Assembly (NCBI GenBank): GCA_046294955.1
Contig: JBKBOF010000002.1
Location: 4,963-68,962, forward strand
Source: Paracoccaceae bacterium
GTDB lineage: Bacteria > Pseudomonadota > Alphaproteobacteria > Rhodobacterales > Rhodobacteraceae
Direction: 5' to 3'
Length of the DNA stretch: 64,000 bases
Part shown: in pieces, positions 20,665-31,009 of the stretch
Layout of the letters: the number at the start of each line of letters is the position of its first letter
How positions within the stretch are numbered: the stretch's first letter is position 1
The notes under the pieces: generated by a model
Database searches by the model: none
What the model saw: only the letters and a program-made list of their open reading frames with translations
What the model was told of the DNA's origin: nothing
Made by a program: the position numbers and the translations under genes

Positions 20665-21123
20665 TCAGCCTTTCACGAAAATTGCTACCCGCTGCGAGAA
20701 CAGCGTGCCGTCCTGCGATTTTGCATCCACCCGCAACAGCCATCGGCCCGGAGCAAGCACCAGAGGCGCAGTCCACAATCCCGCCGCATGAGTGAACTGA
20801 GGCGTCTGATCGTCTTTGGCTTCGGTGGTGCGTCCAACCAGAACCGCCAGCTCGGACAGAGCGGCCGCCTTGCCCTCCGTGTCGGCAAAAGAAAGATACA
20901 GCCGCTTTTCCAGCGCGTCATAGTCGGGTGTCATCGTCCACCCCAATGCCTCTTGTGCCGAGCGAGAGGCATCAAACTCCTGACTGGCGACGTAAGAGTT
21001 CTTTACCTCCAGCCCCGGAAAGGTGCTGATCGCCTTGTAGGCCATCAACAGATTGACGGCGATGATGACGCTGAAAGCCCCAACAGTAGCCACGGCGACG
21101 TGTCGTCCGGTGATTTCAGCCAT
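20665..21123 (-). CDS. ccoH: FixH/RdxH family protein
   Basis: ITGRHV..VIIAVN..AISTFPGLEVKNSYVASQEF; position in ccoGHIS. Confidence 0.93.
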   Translation of the reverse strand: MAEITGRHVAVATVGAFSVIIAVNLLMAYKAISTFPGLEVKNSYVASQEFDASRSAQEALGWTMTPDYDALEKRLYLSFADTEGKAAALSELAVLVGRTTEAKDDQTPQFTHAAGLWTAPLVLAPGRWLLRVDAKSQDGTLFSQRVAIFVKG

Positions 21124-21124
21124 T

Positions 21125-22558
21125 CTAGTCTTCCTTGCCATTGAACACGGTATCATGGTGCACCCGGTTCGGGGTTCCCAGCTCTTCAAACCACATCCGG
21201 ATCTCGGTGCGATCAGCTTTTGCGGGTTCGGATCCCGGAGGCGCGTTCAAGTAAACCCGCTGTGACAGGGTTTCGTTTGCTGGCACGCTGACAGTCAAAC
21301 CTTCCAATCCCTCCAAAGCGGCCGTCAGCCCGGCTTCGATCGGCACCGAGACGGTGAACAACGCGTCATTCCCCTGCTTGTTGCGCAGGCGTACATCATA
21401 GGCATTCCGGATCGTGCCGTCTGACAGGGTAACATAGGTCGGATTGCGGACGGGGGTCACATTCACGTCAATCGGTGAACGCAAGAACAGCGCAACCACA
21501 AGCCCCACGCCCACGCCGCCCCAGAGCACAGTGTAAAGAATGGTTCGAGGGCGGAAGACATGCTTCCAGACGGATTTCGCTTTGGCCCCCGCCCGTTCTG
21601 CGGTTTCGTCGGTCAACGCCAAATATCCGATCAGATCCCGTGGGCGACCGATCTTGTCCATCGTATCATTGCAAGCGTCGATACACAGGCCGCAGGTGAT
21701 GCAAGCAAGTTGCTGTCCGTTGCGAATATCAATGCCCATCGGGCAGACGTTCACACAAGCCATACAGTCAATGCAGTCACCTTGCCCCTCAGCGATGGAA
21801 CCCTTCTGCAATTTGCCCCGCGGCTCGCCGCGCCAGTCGCGATACCCGATGGTCAGGGTGTCTTCGTCCATCATCGCAGCCTGAATCCTCGGCCATGGAC
21901 ACGCATAGATGCAGATCTGTTCCCGTGCAAAACCGCCAAAGGCGAACGTCGTCAACGTCAGCACAAGAATCGTCAGATATGCTGCAGGATGCGCTTGCCC
22001 TGTAAACAGATTGGACAGAAGCGTCGGAGCGTCAGTGAAATAGAATACCCAGGCACCCCCGGTCGCCATTCCAATCAAAAACCAGACGGTCCATTTTATC
22101 GCACGTTTGCGGATCTTCTCGCCATCCCATTTCTGCCGATGCAGGCGAATACGGGCGTTCCGGTCACCTTCAATCCAGCGCTCGACCAGAATGAACAGAT
22201 CAGTCCACACCGTCTGCGGGCAGGCATATCCGCACCACACGCGCCCGGCGGCGGACGTGAACAAAAACAACCCAAGCCCCGCCATCACCAGCAGGCCGGC
22301 CACAAAGTAGAATTCATGCGGCCAGATTTCGATCATGAAAAAGAAAAACCGCCGATGCGCCAGATCCAGCAAAACGGCCTGATCGGGAAGATTTGGTCCC
22401 CGGTCCCACCTGATCCATGGCATAACGTAATAGACGCCCAGCATGAACGCCAGCAGCCACCATTTAAGGTTGCGGAACCTCCCATAGACACGTCTGGGAA
22501 AGATCGGCTCACGTGCTGCGTAGAGGCTTGGTGGCTCGATTGTATCTGGATTGCTCAC
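21125..22558 (-). CDS. ccoG: Cytochrome c oxidase accessory protein (FixG/RdxB), 4Fe-4S cupric reductase
   Basis: GRVWCGYACPQT, CIYACPW, CIDCMACVNVCP, CITCGLCIDAC. GTG start after GGAG. Confidence 0.95.
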   Translation of the reverse strand: MSNPDTIEPPSLYAAREPIFPRRVYGRFRNLKWWLLAFMLGVYYVMPWIRWDRGPNLPDQAVLLDLAHRRFFFFMIEIWPHEFYFVAGLLVMAGLGLFLFTSAAGRVWCGYACPQTVWTDLFILVERWIEGDRNARIRLHRQKWDGEKIRKRAIKWTVWFLIGMATGGAWVFYFTDAPTLLSNLFTGQAHPAAYLTILVLTLTTFAFGGFAREQICIYACPWPRIQAAMMDEDTLTIGYRDWRGEPRGKLQKGSIAEGQGDCIDCMACVNVCPMGIDIRNGQQLACITCGLCIDACNDTMDKIGRPRDLIGYLALTDETAERAGAKAKSVWKHVFRPRTILYTVLWGGVGVGLVVALFLRSPIDVNVTPVRNPTYVTLSDGTIRNAYDVRLRNKQGNDALFTVSVPIEAGLTAALEGLEGLTVSVPANETLSQRVYLNAPPGSEPAKADRTEIRMWFEELGTPNRVHHDTVFNGKED

Positions 22559-22620
22559 GGAAAGGCTCCGATCTGTAGAGATGAGTAGGCTTTTACTGCA
22601 CCGCAGCGATCCGCAGGACA

Positions 22621-22634
22621 TTGACCTGAATCAA
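22621..22634. promoter_or_regulatory. FNR/FnrL box upstream of ccoGHIS
   Basis: TTGAC-CTGA-ATCAA, 1 mismatch to TTGAT-N4-ATCAA. Confidence 0.85.
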
Positions 22635-22830
22635 AATGCTTATCGAGGATGTAGGTTTGCATGCGGCACAAGGGCGCGGGGTCACTATTCTTGGGTGATG
22701 AAAGTGGCTTGCCCCGACACTTCTGACCAAATGTTGCAGAGCAACGGCTTTGGTTGCCTGAGTTTTCCGACAGAATAACCCACCGGTGCCCTAGGAAATT
22801 GCGCGAAAAGGACTGGGCATCGGCACCACC

Positions 22831-22858
22831 GGCCGGGCAAGTGCGACCTTGCCCGGCC
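22831..22858 (-). terminator. Stem-loop after ccoP (terminator or stabilising hairpin)
   Basis: GGCCGGGCAAG-tgcgac-CTTGCCCGGCC, 11-bp perfect stem, no clear U-tract. Confidence 0.6.
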
Positions 22859-22867
22859 AGCGATTGA

Positions 22868-23746
22868 TCACTGGCCACCACCACGGCTGTGGACATACAA
22901 GGCAACCGCGCGGATTTCATCTTCCGTCAGTTTGTCGTTCCATCCCGGCATGACGCCAAAACGAGCGTTGACCACGGTATAGGTGATCGTTTCACGCGAT
23001 CCTCCATACAACCAGATCGCATCCGACAGGTTCGGCGCGCCCTGATTGATATCGCCTTCACCTGCTTCGCCGTGGCAGGCGGCACAGTTCTCGGCAAACA
23101 CTGTTTCGCCTGCAACCGCAAGCGTGGCATCATGCTCTTGTCCAGAAAGTTTCAGGACATATTCCACTACCTCGGTGATCTGAGTTGCTTCCAGCAGACC
23201 ATCGACGCCAAACTTCGGCATTTCGGAATAGCGTGCTTCGGGGTGCGTCGTGTTGCGAATGCCATGAGTGATCGTGGTCTGGATATTTTCGATATCGCCG
23301 CCCCACAACCAGTCATCGTCCAACAAGCTGGGATAACCCTTGCCCGCGACACCGTTGGCACCCGAGCCATGGCAGGTGGTGCAATTGGTGCGGAAGATCG
23401 CAGCTCCTGCATTTTCGGCAAACGACATCAGTTCGGGGTTGGCAGAAACGGTCGTCATGTCAGCGTCGATCAACTGCTGCTTGATGGCGCTGTTCGCATC
23501 ATCAAACTGCTTGATCTCAGCTGCCACATCCGCCCTGGTTGACGCCCCCAAAAGACCGGGTGTCGCACCACGGATCAAAGGCCATGCCGGATATGCAATG
23601 GAATATCCAATGCCCCAGACGATGCAGGCATAGAACACCCAGACCCACCAGCGCGGCATAGGGTTGTCGTATTCCTCGATCCCGTCCCAGCTGTGGCCAG
23701 TGGTGGGAACTTCACCAGGTTTTTGGGTTACTCTTTTGGCGCACAT
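22868..23746 (-). CDS. ccoP: cbb3-type cytochrome c oxidase subunit III
   Basis: [20 protein letters not shown], two haem motifs CTTCH and CAACH. Confidence 0.97.
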   Translation of the reverse strand: MCAKRVTQKPGEVPTTGHSWDGIEEYDNPMPRWWVWVFYACIVWGIGYSIAYPAWPLIRGATPGLLGASTRADVAAEIKQFDDANSAIKQQLIDADMTTVSANPELMSFAENAGAAIFRTNCTTCHGSGANGVAGKGYPSLLDDDWLWGGDIENIQTTITHGIRNTTHPEARYSEMPKFGVDGLLEATQITEVVEYVLKLSGQEHDATLAVAGETVFAENCAACHGEAGEGDINQGAPNLSDAIWLYGGSRETITYTVVNARFGVMPGWNDKLTEDEIRAVALYVHSRGGGQ

Positions 23747-23750
23747 GGTT

Positions 23751-23951
23751 TCACGCCTCCTTGACTCGGCCATCGGGGTTTTCCCCTTCGGCGGGTTTCT
23801 TGTCGTTGCGGAAGATCGAACTTGCCGCGTCATCATGCACCTTGCGGCTTCCCGGACGCCACACCCAGGCAACAACGCCCAGAAAGATGACGAAAAGGCT
23901 TAGCAGTGCCCAACTGTCTGCGAATTCACGAAGCAGGCTATAGGTTTCCAT
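23751..23951 (-). CDS. ccoQ: cbb3-type cytochrome c oxidase subunit IV
   Basis: [14 protein letters not shown], single [11 protein letters not shown]. Confidence 0.95.
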   Translation of the reverse strand: METYSLLREFADSWALLSLFVIFLGVVAWVWRPGSRKVHDDAASSIFRNDKKPAEGENPDGRVKEA

Positions 23952-23960
23952 AGTCCCCCC

Positions 23961-24704
23961 CTATCGGCTTGCGTCAGGCGTGAAGGTCGAAAAATCAACC
24001 ATGGTGCCCAAAACCTGGATATAGGCGATCAGCGCATCGGCTTCGGTCAATCGTGGCTGCCCATCAAAGTTGCGTACATTGATCGGCGTCCCGAAAGCCG
24101 CCTCTCCGTAACGCTCTTCCAGACCATCACTGTCAGCTTCTGGGTCAGCCTGCGCTTTAAAGTCCGCCAAGGCGTTTTCCATCATGGCATCGTCATAGGG
24201 AACACCCACAAACCGGTGCGTTGCCATCACGTCCTGAACATAGCGGCCGTCCAGATCGCGATTGAACAGGAAACCATAGGGCGGCATCACCGATTCCGGC
24301 ACCACCGACTTGGCGTTGTGGAAGTGGTCCTGATGCCATTCATCCGAATAGCGCCCCCCCACACGGGCCAGATCCGGCCCTGTGCGCTTTGACCCCCACT
24401 GGAACGGATGGTCATACATCGATTCTGCCGCAAGGCTGTAGTGACCGTAGCGTTCCACCTCGTCGCGCATCGGGCGGATCATCTGGCTATGGCAATTGTA
24501 GCAGCCTTCGCGGATGTAGATATCTCGCCCGACCAGTTCCAAGGGCGTATAAGGGCGAACCCCTTCGACCTTTTCGATGGTGTTCTCCAGATAGAACAGC
24601 GGAACAATCTGGACCAGCCCACCGATGGAGACAACCAGAAGGCTGAGCACCATAAGAAGCGTGGCATGTGTTTCGATTACTTTGTGTTTGTCAAGAAAAG
24701 CCAT
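23961..24704 (-). CDS. ccoO: cbb3-type cytochrome c oxidase subunit II
   Basis: [34 protein letters not shown]. Confidence 0.98.
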   Translation of the reverse strand: MAFLDKHKVIETHATLLMVLSLLVVSIGGLVQIVPLFYLENTIEKVEGVRPYTPLELVGRDIYIREGCYNCHSQMIRPMRDEVERYGHYSLAAESMYDHPFQWGSKRTGPDLARVGGRYSDEWHQDHFHNAKSVVPESVMPPYGFLFNRDLDGRYVQDVMATHRFVGVPYDDAMMENALADFKAQADPEADSDGLEERYGEAAFGTPINVRNFDGQPRLTEADALIAYIQVLGTMVDFSTFTPDASR

Positions 24705-24719
24705 TGTCCTGCCCTCCGA

Positions 24720-26318
24720 TCATTCAGCAGGAACAGCCGCGTGTGTCGTAACCTTCGCAGGTTGCGCACGCACGGTCATCCACAGGTTATAGCACATGAT
24801 GAGAGCGCCACTGAGGTACATAACACCCCCCAGCATCCGGACCACATACATCGGGTATTTTGCGGCAACGGTATCGGCAAAAGCATTCACCAAATAGCCG
24901 TTGGCATCCACTTCACGCCACATCAGGCCTTCCATGATGCCTGACACCCACATGGCAGACGCGTAGAGCACGATGCCAATCGTCGCGAGCCAGAAGTGCC
25001 AGCTGACCAAGGTCAGGCTATACAGCCGCTCGCGATTCCAAAGGCGCGGCGTCAGGAAGTAAAGTGCGCCAAAGGTAATCATGCCGTTCCAGCCAAGCGC
25101 ACCAGAGTGGACGTGACCGATGGTCCAGTCGGTGTAATGCGACAACGAGTTCACGGCCTTGATGCTCATCATCGGGCCTTCGAAGGTCGACATGCCGTAA
25201 AAGCCGATCGACACCACCATCATTCGGATCACAGGGTCGGTGCGCAGTTTGTCCCATGCACCCGACAGCGTCATCAGACCGTTGATCATGCCGCCCCAGC
25301 TGGGCATCCACAGGATGATCGAGAAAGTCATGCCCAAGGTCGATGCCCAGTCTGGCAGAGCAGTATAGTGCAGGTGGTGCGGACCAGCCCAGATATACAA
25401 GAAGATCAAGGCCCAAAAGTGGATGATCGACAGCTTGTAGCTGAACACCGGGCGTTCGGCCTGTTTCGGCACGAAGTAATACATCATGCCAAGAAACCCG
25501 GCCGTCAGGAAGAAGCCCACCGCGTTGTGGCCATACCACCACTGGATCATGGCATCCTGTACGCCACTGGTGACCTGCACCGATTGCGAACCGAAGAAAG
25601 ACACCGGAATGGCCATGTTGTTGACAAGGTGCAGCATGGCGATGGTGATGATGAAGGCCAGGTAGAACCAGTTTGCCACATAGATATGCGGTTCTTTACG
25701 CTTCATCAGAGTGCCGGCGAAGACGGCAAGGAACGCGAGCCAGACGACCGTGATCAGAATATCCACATACCAGACGGGTTCTGCGTATTCCTTGGACTGT
25801 GTGGCGCCCAAGACATATCCGGTAGCGGCCAGAACGATCACAAGCTGCCAGCCCCAGAACACGAACCACCCAAGGTTGCCTCCCCACAGCCGCACGGCGC
25901 TTGTGCGCTGCACGACATAGAAGGCTGACATGATCAGCGCGTTTCCACCAAAGGCAAAGATAACGGCGCTGGTGTGCAGGGGACGCAGACGACCGAAGTT
26001 GCCATAACCCTGCAGTGCCTCAAAGTTCAGCCAAGGCCATGCCAGCTGGCTGGCGATGACGACACCAACCAGAAAGCCGACAACACCCCAGAATGAAGTT
26101 GCGATCACGCCGGCGCGCACCACCCCATCCATGTATTCGTTTTTGTTGACAGTCTTGACCTCACCGGCGCCACGAACCACCACCAGAAAGGTAATTCCCG
26201 CTGCCAGCATGATGGTGACAGAGTTGACCAGATAAGCCACATCACGGGCGTAGTTGGCCGAGATCGCCGCTCCAACAGCGATCAGGCCAAGCACGACCAG
26301 TTTTAGATAATCCCACAT
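24720..26318 (-). CDS. ccoN: cbb3-type cytochrome c oxidase subunit I
   Basis: [38 protein letters not shown]. Confidence 0.98.
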   Translation of the reverse strand: MWDYLKLVVLGLIAVGAAISANYARDVAYLVNSVTIMLAAGITFLVVVRGAGEVKTVNKNEYMDGVVRAGVIATSFWGVVGFLVGVVIASQLAWPWLNFEALQGYGNFGRLRPLHTSAVIFAFGGNALIMSAFYVVQRTSAVRLWGGNLGWFVFWGWQLVIVLAATGYVLGATQSKEYAEPVWYVDILITVVWLAFLAVFAGTLMKRKEPHIYVANWFYLAFIITIAMLHLVNNMAIPVSFFGSQSVQVTSGVQDAMIQWWYGHNAVGFFLTAGFLGMMYYFVPKQAERPVFSYKLSIIHFWALIFLYIWAGPHHLHYTALPDWASTLGMTFSIILWMPSWGGMINGLMTLSGAWDKLRTDPVIRMMVVSIGFYGMSTFEGPMMSIKAVNSLSHYTDWTIGHVHSGALGWNGMITFGALYFLTPRLWNRERLYSLTLVSWHFWLATIGIVLYASAMWVSGIMEGLMWREVDANGYLVNAFADTVAAKYPMYVVRMLGGVMYLSGALIMCYNLWMTVRAQPAKVTTHAAVPAE

Positions 26319-26424
26319 TTTGCGTCCCTTCGTCTTTGGCTGGATCTGCCACCGCTACGAATCGATGATCTGCCCGCGCGCTTACCGACAAAGTTGCTTT
26401 AATCTGAGCGAACGCGAAGTAGCT

Positions 26425-26438
26425 TTGATCCATGTCAA
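26425..26438. promoter_or_regulatory. FNR/FnrL box (ccoN-proximal)
   Basis: TTGAT-CCAT-GTCAA. Confidence 0.85.
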
Positions 26439-26456
26439 CAGATAGTCCACTTACCT

Positions 26457-26470
26457 TTGATGAAGGTCAA
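26457..26470. promoter_or_regulatory. FNR/FnrL box (usp-proximal)
   Basis: TTGAT-GAAG-GTCAA, followed by TAATAT -10-like element at 26493-26498. Confidence 0.85.
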
Positions 26471-26529
26471 TGCGACCACATCACGCTGCCGCTAATATTC
26501 ATGAGTCCGCAAAAAAGGGAGGCAAAGCC

Positions 26530-27375
26530 GTGACCTATAAATCGATCTTGACCGTTGCCACAGGCGCGGCACACGTTCCTCTTGCCATCGCTGCCGCTGC
26601 AAAGGTCTGCGCACAATACGATGGGCATCTGGACGTTTTGGCGCTGGGCATTGATCGTACTCAAGTTGGCTATTCCTATATCGGTTCGGGCGCGGTTGTC
26701 ATGCAGGTGACGCTGGAACGTGCCGAAGAAGATGCCCGTTCTTTGGAAAGCGCTGTCCGGAAGGCCGTTACTGCGGAAAGTCCCGGGCTTCGGGTCAGTG
26801 TCGAGGCAGCGGTAGCGCAAATCGGAGCGCTGACCGACTTGGTGGCCCAGCGCGCGCGATTCGCCGATCTGGTCATTTTGCCACGCCCCTACGGCAAAGA
26901 CATGGGGGCAGAGGCAGAAGCCGTTGTGGAAGCCGCCATGTTCGAGGGTCAATCTCCAGTTCTGGTCTTGCCTGATTCGGGGTTGACCGCTGCGGCGCCA
27001 CGCCGAATTGCCATTGCCTGGAACCAAAGCCGAGAAGCCATGGCGGCGGTGCGCGCTGCCCTTCCGTTGCTTAAACAGGCAGAGCTGGTGACAATCACGG
27101 TGATTGACCCCCCAACGCATGGGCCCGAACGGTCAGATCCTGGTGGAATGCTGTGTCAGATGCTTGTGCGGCACGGTGTGCACGCCGAAGTCTCCGTGCT
27201 GGCCCGCACCTTGCCGCGCGTGTCGGATGTTCTGCTGCGCCATGTTCGCGACATGAATGCCGATCTTCTGGTGATGGGGGCTTATGGCCATTCTCGTTTC
27301 CGCGAGGCGATTTTGGGCGGGGCAACGCGGAACATGCTGGAAAATACCTCTGTTCCGGTCCTCATGGCGCACTGA
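26530..27375 (+). CDS. Universal stress protein (tandem USP)
   Basis: YKSIL, IAIAWNQSREA, DLLVMGAYGHSRFREAILGGATR, PVLMAH. GGGAGG RBS before GTG. Confidence 0.93.
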   Translation: MTYKSILTVATGAAHVPLAIAAAAKVCAQYDGHLDVLALGIDRTQVGYSYIGSGAVVMQVTLERAEEDARSLESAVRKAVTAESPGLRVSVEAAVAQIGALTDLVAQRARFADLVILPRPYGKDMGAEAEAVVEAAMFEGQSPVLVLPDSGLTAAAPRRIAIAWNQSREAMAAVRAALPLLKQAELVTITVIDPPTHGPERSDPGGMLCQMLVRHGVHAEVSVLARTLPRVSDVLLRHVRDMNADLLVMGAYGHSRFREAILGGATRNMLENTSVPVLMAH

Positions 27376-27397
27376 AACGTGGCACGGGCGTGCGCGA

Positions 27398-27799
27398 TCA
27401 GCCCCCGTCCCGTGGCAAATCGGGGTCCGTCTCACAGCGCGACAGCGGCAAGGCTTTCAGCTTGCGCACAAGGATCACCTGACCATCGGACACAGTGCCG
27501 AATTGTCCGGTGACGCACGCACAGCCGTGACCATAGTTGCCATTGATCTGCACCCACAGATCAGGGCCGCCGAAGGCAAACGCGTCAGCGGGAAGGTCCA
27601 GCCAGCCTGCTGCCGCTGGCCCACCCTGAGTTGAAAGAGTCCATGTGGCGTCCCGGTCGGTTAGCCAATGATTTCCGGGCGACGGGTTGGCATACCAGCC
27701 GCAGCGCACGACATCCTTGGCCATCACGCTGTGCGCTGGAAGCGCCAACGCAGCTCCCAGCAGCAGCGGCCTAAACGAGGAAGCCCCCATCGCTGTCAT
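27398..27799 (-). CDS. Secreted DUF4087-like protein
   Basis: Signal-like N-terminus, RCGWYANPSPGNHWLTDRDATW..QGG, NGNYGHGCAC, LPLSRCETDP. Start uncertain. Confidence 0.7.
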   Translation of the reverse strand: MTAMGASSFRPLLLGAALALPAHSVMAKDVVRCGWYANPSPGNHWLTDRDATWTLSTQGGPAAAGWLDLPADAFAFGGPDLWVQINGNYGHGCACVTGQFGTVSDGQVILVRKLKALPLSRCETDPDLPRDGG

Positions 27800-28523
27800 C
27801 ACCGGTTTCTTCCATAAGCAGGTCCAGCGACGGCACTTTGACATGACGCTTGCCTTCCAGCGTGATCACGCCATCGCGCTTCAGCGCGCTCATCTGTCGG
27901 CTCACGGTTTCCAGCGTCAAGCCAAGGTAATCAGCCATTTCCTCGCGCGTCAGAGGCAGATCGAAGGTTGTCAAAGTCGCCATCGTCGTCGTTGATTTCA
28001 GGCTGGCATCCCGTCGGGCGATGATGGCCAACAGTGATGCAATCTTTTCCCGCGCCGTCTTTCGGCCCAACAGCAACATCCATTCGCGCGCGGCATCAAG
28101 TTCATCCAGCGTCATCTGCAGCAAACGTTGCGCGACATGTGGCGTGCTGGCCATCAGATCTTCGAAAGGCTTTTTGCGAAAACAACACATTACTAGATCG
28201 GTGGTGGCTGTAACGTCGTATGCAGCCGTGTCCCGCCCTGGACGCCCGACAAAATCCGACGGCAGCAAAAGGCCCACCATCTGCCGCCGACCATCTTCCA
28301 TCGTTTGCGTCAATGTGGCGATACCGGTCACGACCGAGGCCACAAAATCCATCCGGTCACCAGACCATATCACGGTCTGACCTGCCTGATAGCTGCGGTA
28401 ATACTTGATCTGCTCAAGTCTCTGCAATTCGTCAGCATCACACCTGGCGCAGACGGCACGATGCCTGATCGGACAATCCCCACACTCGTGAACAAAGGAA
28501 TGAATATCGTGGTGGACAGCCAT
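27771..28523 (-). CDS. fnrL: Crp/Fnr family O2-sensing regulator FnrL
   Basis: CGDCPIRHRAVC plus VMCCF Fe-S ligands; HTH ADYLGLTLETVSR. Confidence 0.96.
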   Translation of the reverse strand: MAVHHDIHSFVHECGDCPIRHRAVCARCDADELQRLEQIKYYRSYQAGQTVIWSGDRMDFVASVVTGIATLTQTMEDGRRQMVGLLLPSDFVGRPGRDTAAYDVTATTDLVMCCFRKKPFEDLMASTPHVAQRLLQMTLDELDAAREWMLLLGRKTAREKIASLLAIIARRDASLKSTTTMATLTTFDLPLTREEMADYLGLTLETVSRQMSALKRDGVITLEGKRHVKVPSLDLLMEETGDDSDGGFLV

Positions 28524-28540
28524 GACCACCCTTTCTTTGT

Positions 28541-28554
28541 TTGATCTGCATCAA
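28541..28554. promoter_or_regulatory. Perfect FNR box between divergent fnrL and hemN
   Basis: TTGAT-CTGC-ATCAA. Confidence 0.92.
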
Positions 28555-28588
28555 GGCAGCGCGGTTTCTGTTCTTAGAAGATATGGGA

Positions 28589-29944
28589 ATGACACATGAA
28601 TCGCAACTCACACGGCTTGGTCTTTTTGACGCTCGGGTGCCACGGTACACAAGTTACCCGACAGCACCACAATTTGGGGCTTCGGTCGACCCGAAGCTGT
28701 TCACCTCGTGGATAGAAGCAATACCGCAAGGATCACAGATTTCACTCTATCTGCATGTTCCCTTTTGCCGTCGGCTTTGCTGGTTCTGTGCGTGCCGAAC
28801 CCAAGGCACCACGAGCGACGATCCGGTACTTGCCTATGCCAAGACACTGCAAACCGAAATTGCGCTGCTGAAGCGGCATCTACCGCGCGGGGTGACGCTG
28901 TCGCGGCTGCACTGGGGTGGTGGAACGCCGACGATGTTGCCGCCGCGCGAAATGCACATGCTTGCCGATTCGATATTTGAAGCGGTCCCTATGGGCGAGA
29001 ACGGCGAATTTTCCGTCGAAATCGACCCGAACGAGATCGACGCTGCGCGACTGGACGCACTTGCCGACTTGGGCATGAACCGAGCGTCCATCGGTGTGCA
29101 GGATTTTGACCAGCTGATCCAGAAAACCATAGGCCGCGAACAAAGCTATGATCTGACAAAGCAGGTCGCAGACATGATCCGTGACCGCGGCGTGCGTAGC
29201 CTGAATGCCGACATCCTTTACGGGCTTCCGCATCAGACCAAAGCGCGGATTTCAGACTCGGTCCAGAAGCTTCTGACCCTCTCACCGGACCGTGTGGCGC
29301 TTTACGGCTATGCCCATGTGCCGTGGATGAGCCGCCGCCAGCAAATGATCCCGTCCGACACGATGCCAACCCCGGAAGAACGCCTGCGCCTGTTCGAGAC
29401 GGCAGCAGAACTGTTCGAATGGGATGGATACGTCAGCGTCGGCATCGACCATTTTGCCCGGCCCGAAGATGGCATGGCCCGCGCCTTGAAGGCGGGCACC
29501 CTGCGTCGGAACTTCCAAGGCTATACCGACGACACCTCGCCTGTTCTGATCGGGCTTGGCGCATCGTCGATCAGCCGGTTTCCGCAAGGCTACGCCCAGA
29601 ATGTCAGTGGAACGTCCGACTATACCAAGGCGACCCGTGCCGGACATTTCTCAACGCACCGGGGCCACGTCTTTGCAGGCGAAGATACCCTGCGCGCCCG
29701 GATCATCGAAGCCTTGATGTGCGATTTCCATGTGGACCGGGCTGAAATCCTTCGCGATTTTGATGTCACCGAGGACCGGCTTGATACCTTGCTGCGTCGG
29801 GCATTCGAAGCGTTTTCCGGCATGCTGACACTGGATGCCAGTGGATTGTCCATCCCGCCCGCCGCACGCCCGCTGACGCGGATGGTGGCACGCGCCTTCG
29901 ATGCCTATGACCAGTCCAAGGCGCAACATTCGGCGGCGATCTGA
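28589..29944 (+). CDS. hemN: Oxygen-independent coproporphyrinogen III oxidase (radical SAM)
   Basis: PRYTSYPTA, HVPFCRRLCWFCAC, HWGGGTP, RNFQGYT. Confidence 0.97.
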   Translation: MTHESQLTRLGLFDARVPRYTSYPTAPQFGASVDPKLFTSWIEAIPQGSQISLYLHVPFCRRLCWFCACRTQGTTSDDPVLAYAKTLQTEIALLKRHLPRGVTLSRLHWGGGTPTMLPPREMHMLADSIFEAVPMGENGEFSVEIDPNEIDAARLDALADLGMNRASIGVQDFDQLIQKTIGREQSYDLTKQVADMIRDRGVRSLNADILYGLPHQTKARISDSVQKLLTLSPDRVALYGYAHVPWMSRRQQMIPSDTMPTPEERLRLFETAAELFEWDGYVSVGIDHFARPEDGMARALKAGTLRRNFQGYTDDTSPVLIGLGASSISRFPQGYAQNVSGTSDYTKATRAGHFSTHRGHVFAGEDTLRARIIEALMCDFHVDRAEILRDFDVTEDRLDTLLRRAFEAFSGMLTLDASGLSIPPAARPLTRMVARAFDAYDQSKAQHSAAI

Positions 29945-30004
29945 ACGACCGGGGCTTACAATACGCCTACCCTGCCCCCAATTTCAGGGGCAGGAGGCTG
30001 CGCC

Positions 30005-31009
30005 ATGCACCATTTCTCGCTTCTTGACCTGTCGCCTGTGCCAGAAGGCAGCACGACGGCGCAAGCCTTGGCCAACACGGTCGATCTTGCGCGTCTGGCA
30101 GAGTCTGCAGGGTATCACCGCTTCTGGCTGGCCGAGCATCACAACATGCCGGGGATCGCGAGCGCGGCCACGGCCATCGTGATCGGCCATGTCGCCGCCG
30201 CAACCCGGACCATCCGTGTTGGTGCCGGCGGCATTATGCTGCCAAACCATGCACCTTTGGTGGTTGCGGAACAGTTCGGCACGTTGGAAACACTGTATCC
30301 GGGGCGCATTGATCTGGGTCTGGGACGGGCACCAGGAACCGATATGGCGACAGCGCGGGCGTTGCGTCGCCATATGGCACCGGAAGACTCCTTTCCGCAG
30401 GATGTGGTGGAACTGATCGGATATTTTGATACTCCGTCTGAAAACGTCCCGGTGCGCGCAATACCCGGTGCGGATACCCATGTTCCGGTCTGGATTCTGG
30501 GCAGCAGTCTTTATGGTGCGCAACTGGCAGCCTACCTGGGCCTTCCCTATGCCTTTGCCTCGCATTTCGCGCCTGCCATGCTGGAGGATGCGCTGGCGAC
30601 CTATCGCGCCACATTCCGGCCATCGCGCTTTTTGGCGCAGCCCTACGCGATGATGGTCGCAGGGGTCTGCGCCGCAGAGACAGCTGCCGAGGCAAACTTC
30701 CTGCGCACGTCACAGATGTTGGCCTTCGCCTGCTTGCGCACCGGCAGGCCGGGAAAGCTGCCGCGTCCGGTGGCGGATGTCGGTGCCGAGATTCCGCCGC
30801 CGGTTCTGGCGGGCGTGGAACAGGCGCTGTCAGTGGCAGCCGTCGGATCGCCTGAAAGTGTCCGCGCGCAGATGGCAGCCATCCTTGAGCGCTATCGTCC
30901 GGATGAATTGATGGTAACGGGCATGATCCACGACCACAGCGCGCGGTTGCGATCCTTTGCCATCACCGCCGCGGTGTTGTCCGATCTGAAGCTGGCCAAG
31001 GCCGCCTAG
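30005..31009 (+). CDS. LLM class flavin-dependent oxidoreductase
   Basis: [38 protein letters not shown]. Confidence 0.92.
   Translation: MHHFSLLDLSPVPEGSTTAQALANTVDLARLAESAGYHRFWLAEHHNMPGIASAATAIVIGHVAAATRTIRVGAGGIMLPNHAPLVVAEQFGTLETLYPGRIDLGLGRAPGTDMATARALRRHMAPEDSFPQDVVELIGYFDTPSENVPVRAIPGADTHVPVWILGSSLYGAQLAAYLGLPYAFASHFAPAMLEDALATYRATFRPSRFLAQPYAMMVAGVCAAETAAEANFLRTSQMLAFACLRTGRPGKLPRPVADVGAEIPPPVLAGVEQALSVAAVGSPESVRAQMAAILERYRPDELMVTGMIHDHSARLRSFAITAAVLSDLKLAKAA

Noticed and set aside
22690-22710. TGATGA..GAAA hammerhead-like words
   Set aside because: Lacks CTGANGA core and the three-stem architecture.
22741-22760. CAACGGCTT resembling the start of the Rhodobacterales SAM-SAH riboswitch
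   Set aside because: The remaining consensus (CCTGGCGTG) is absent and there is no metK context.
26396-26413. Third FNR-like word TTAAT-CTGA-GCGAA upstream of ccoN
   Set aside because: Too many mismatches; better explained as the -10 region.
11770-29944. Both hemF and hemN present
   Set aside because: Normal for facultative or microaerobic Rhodobacteraceae.
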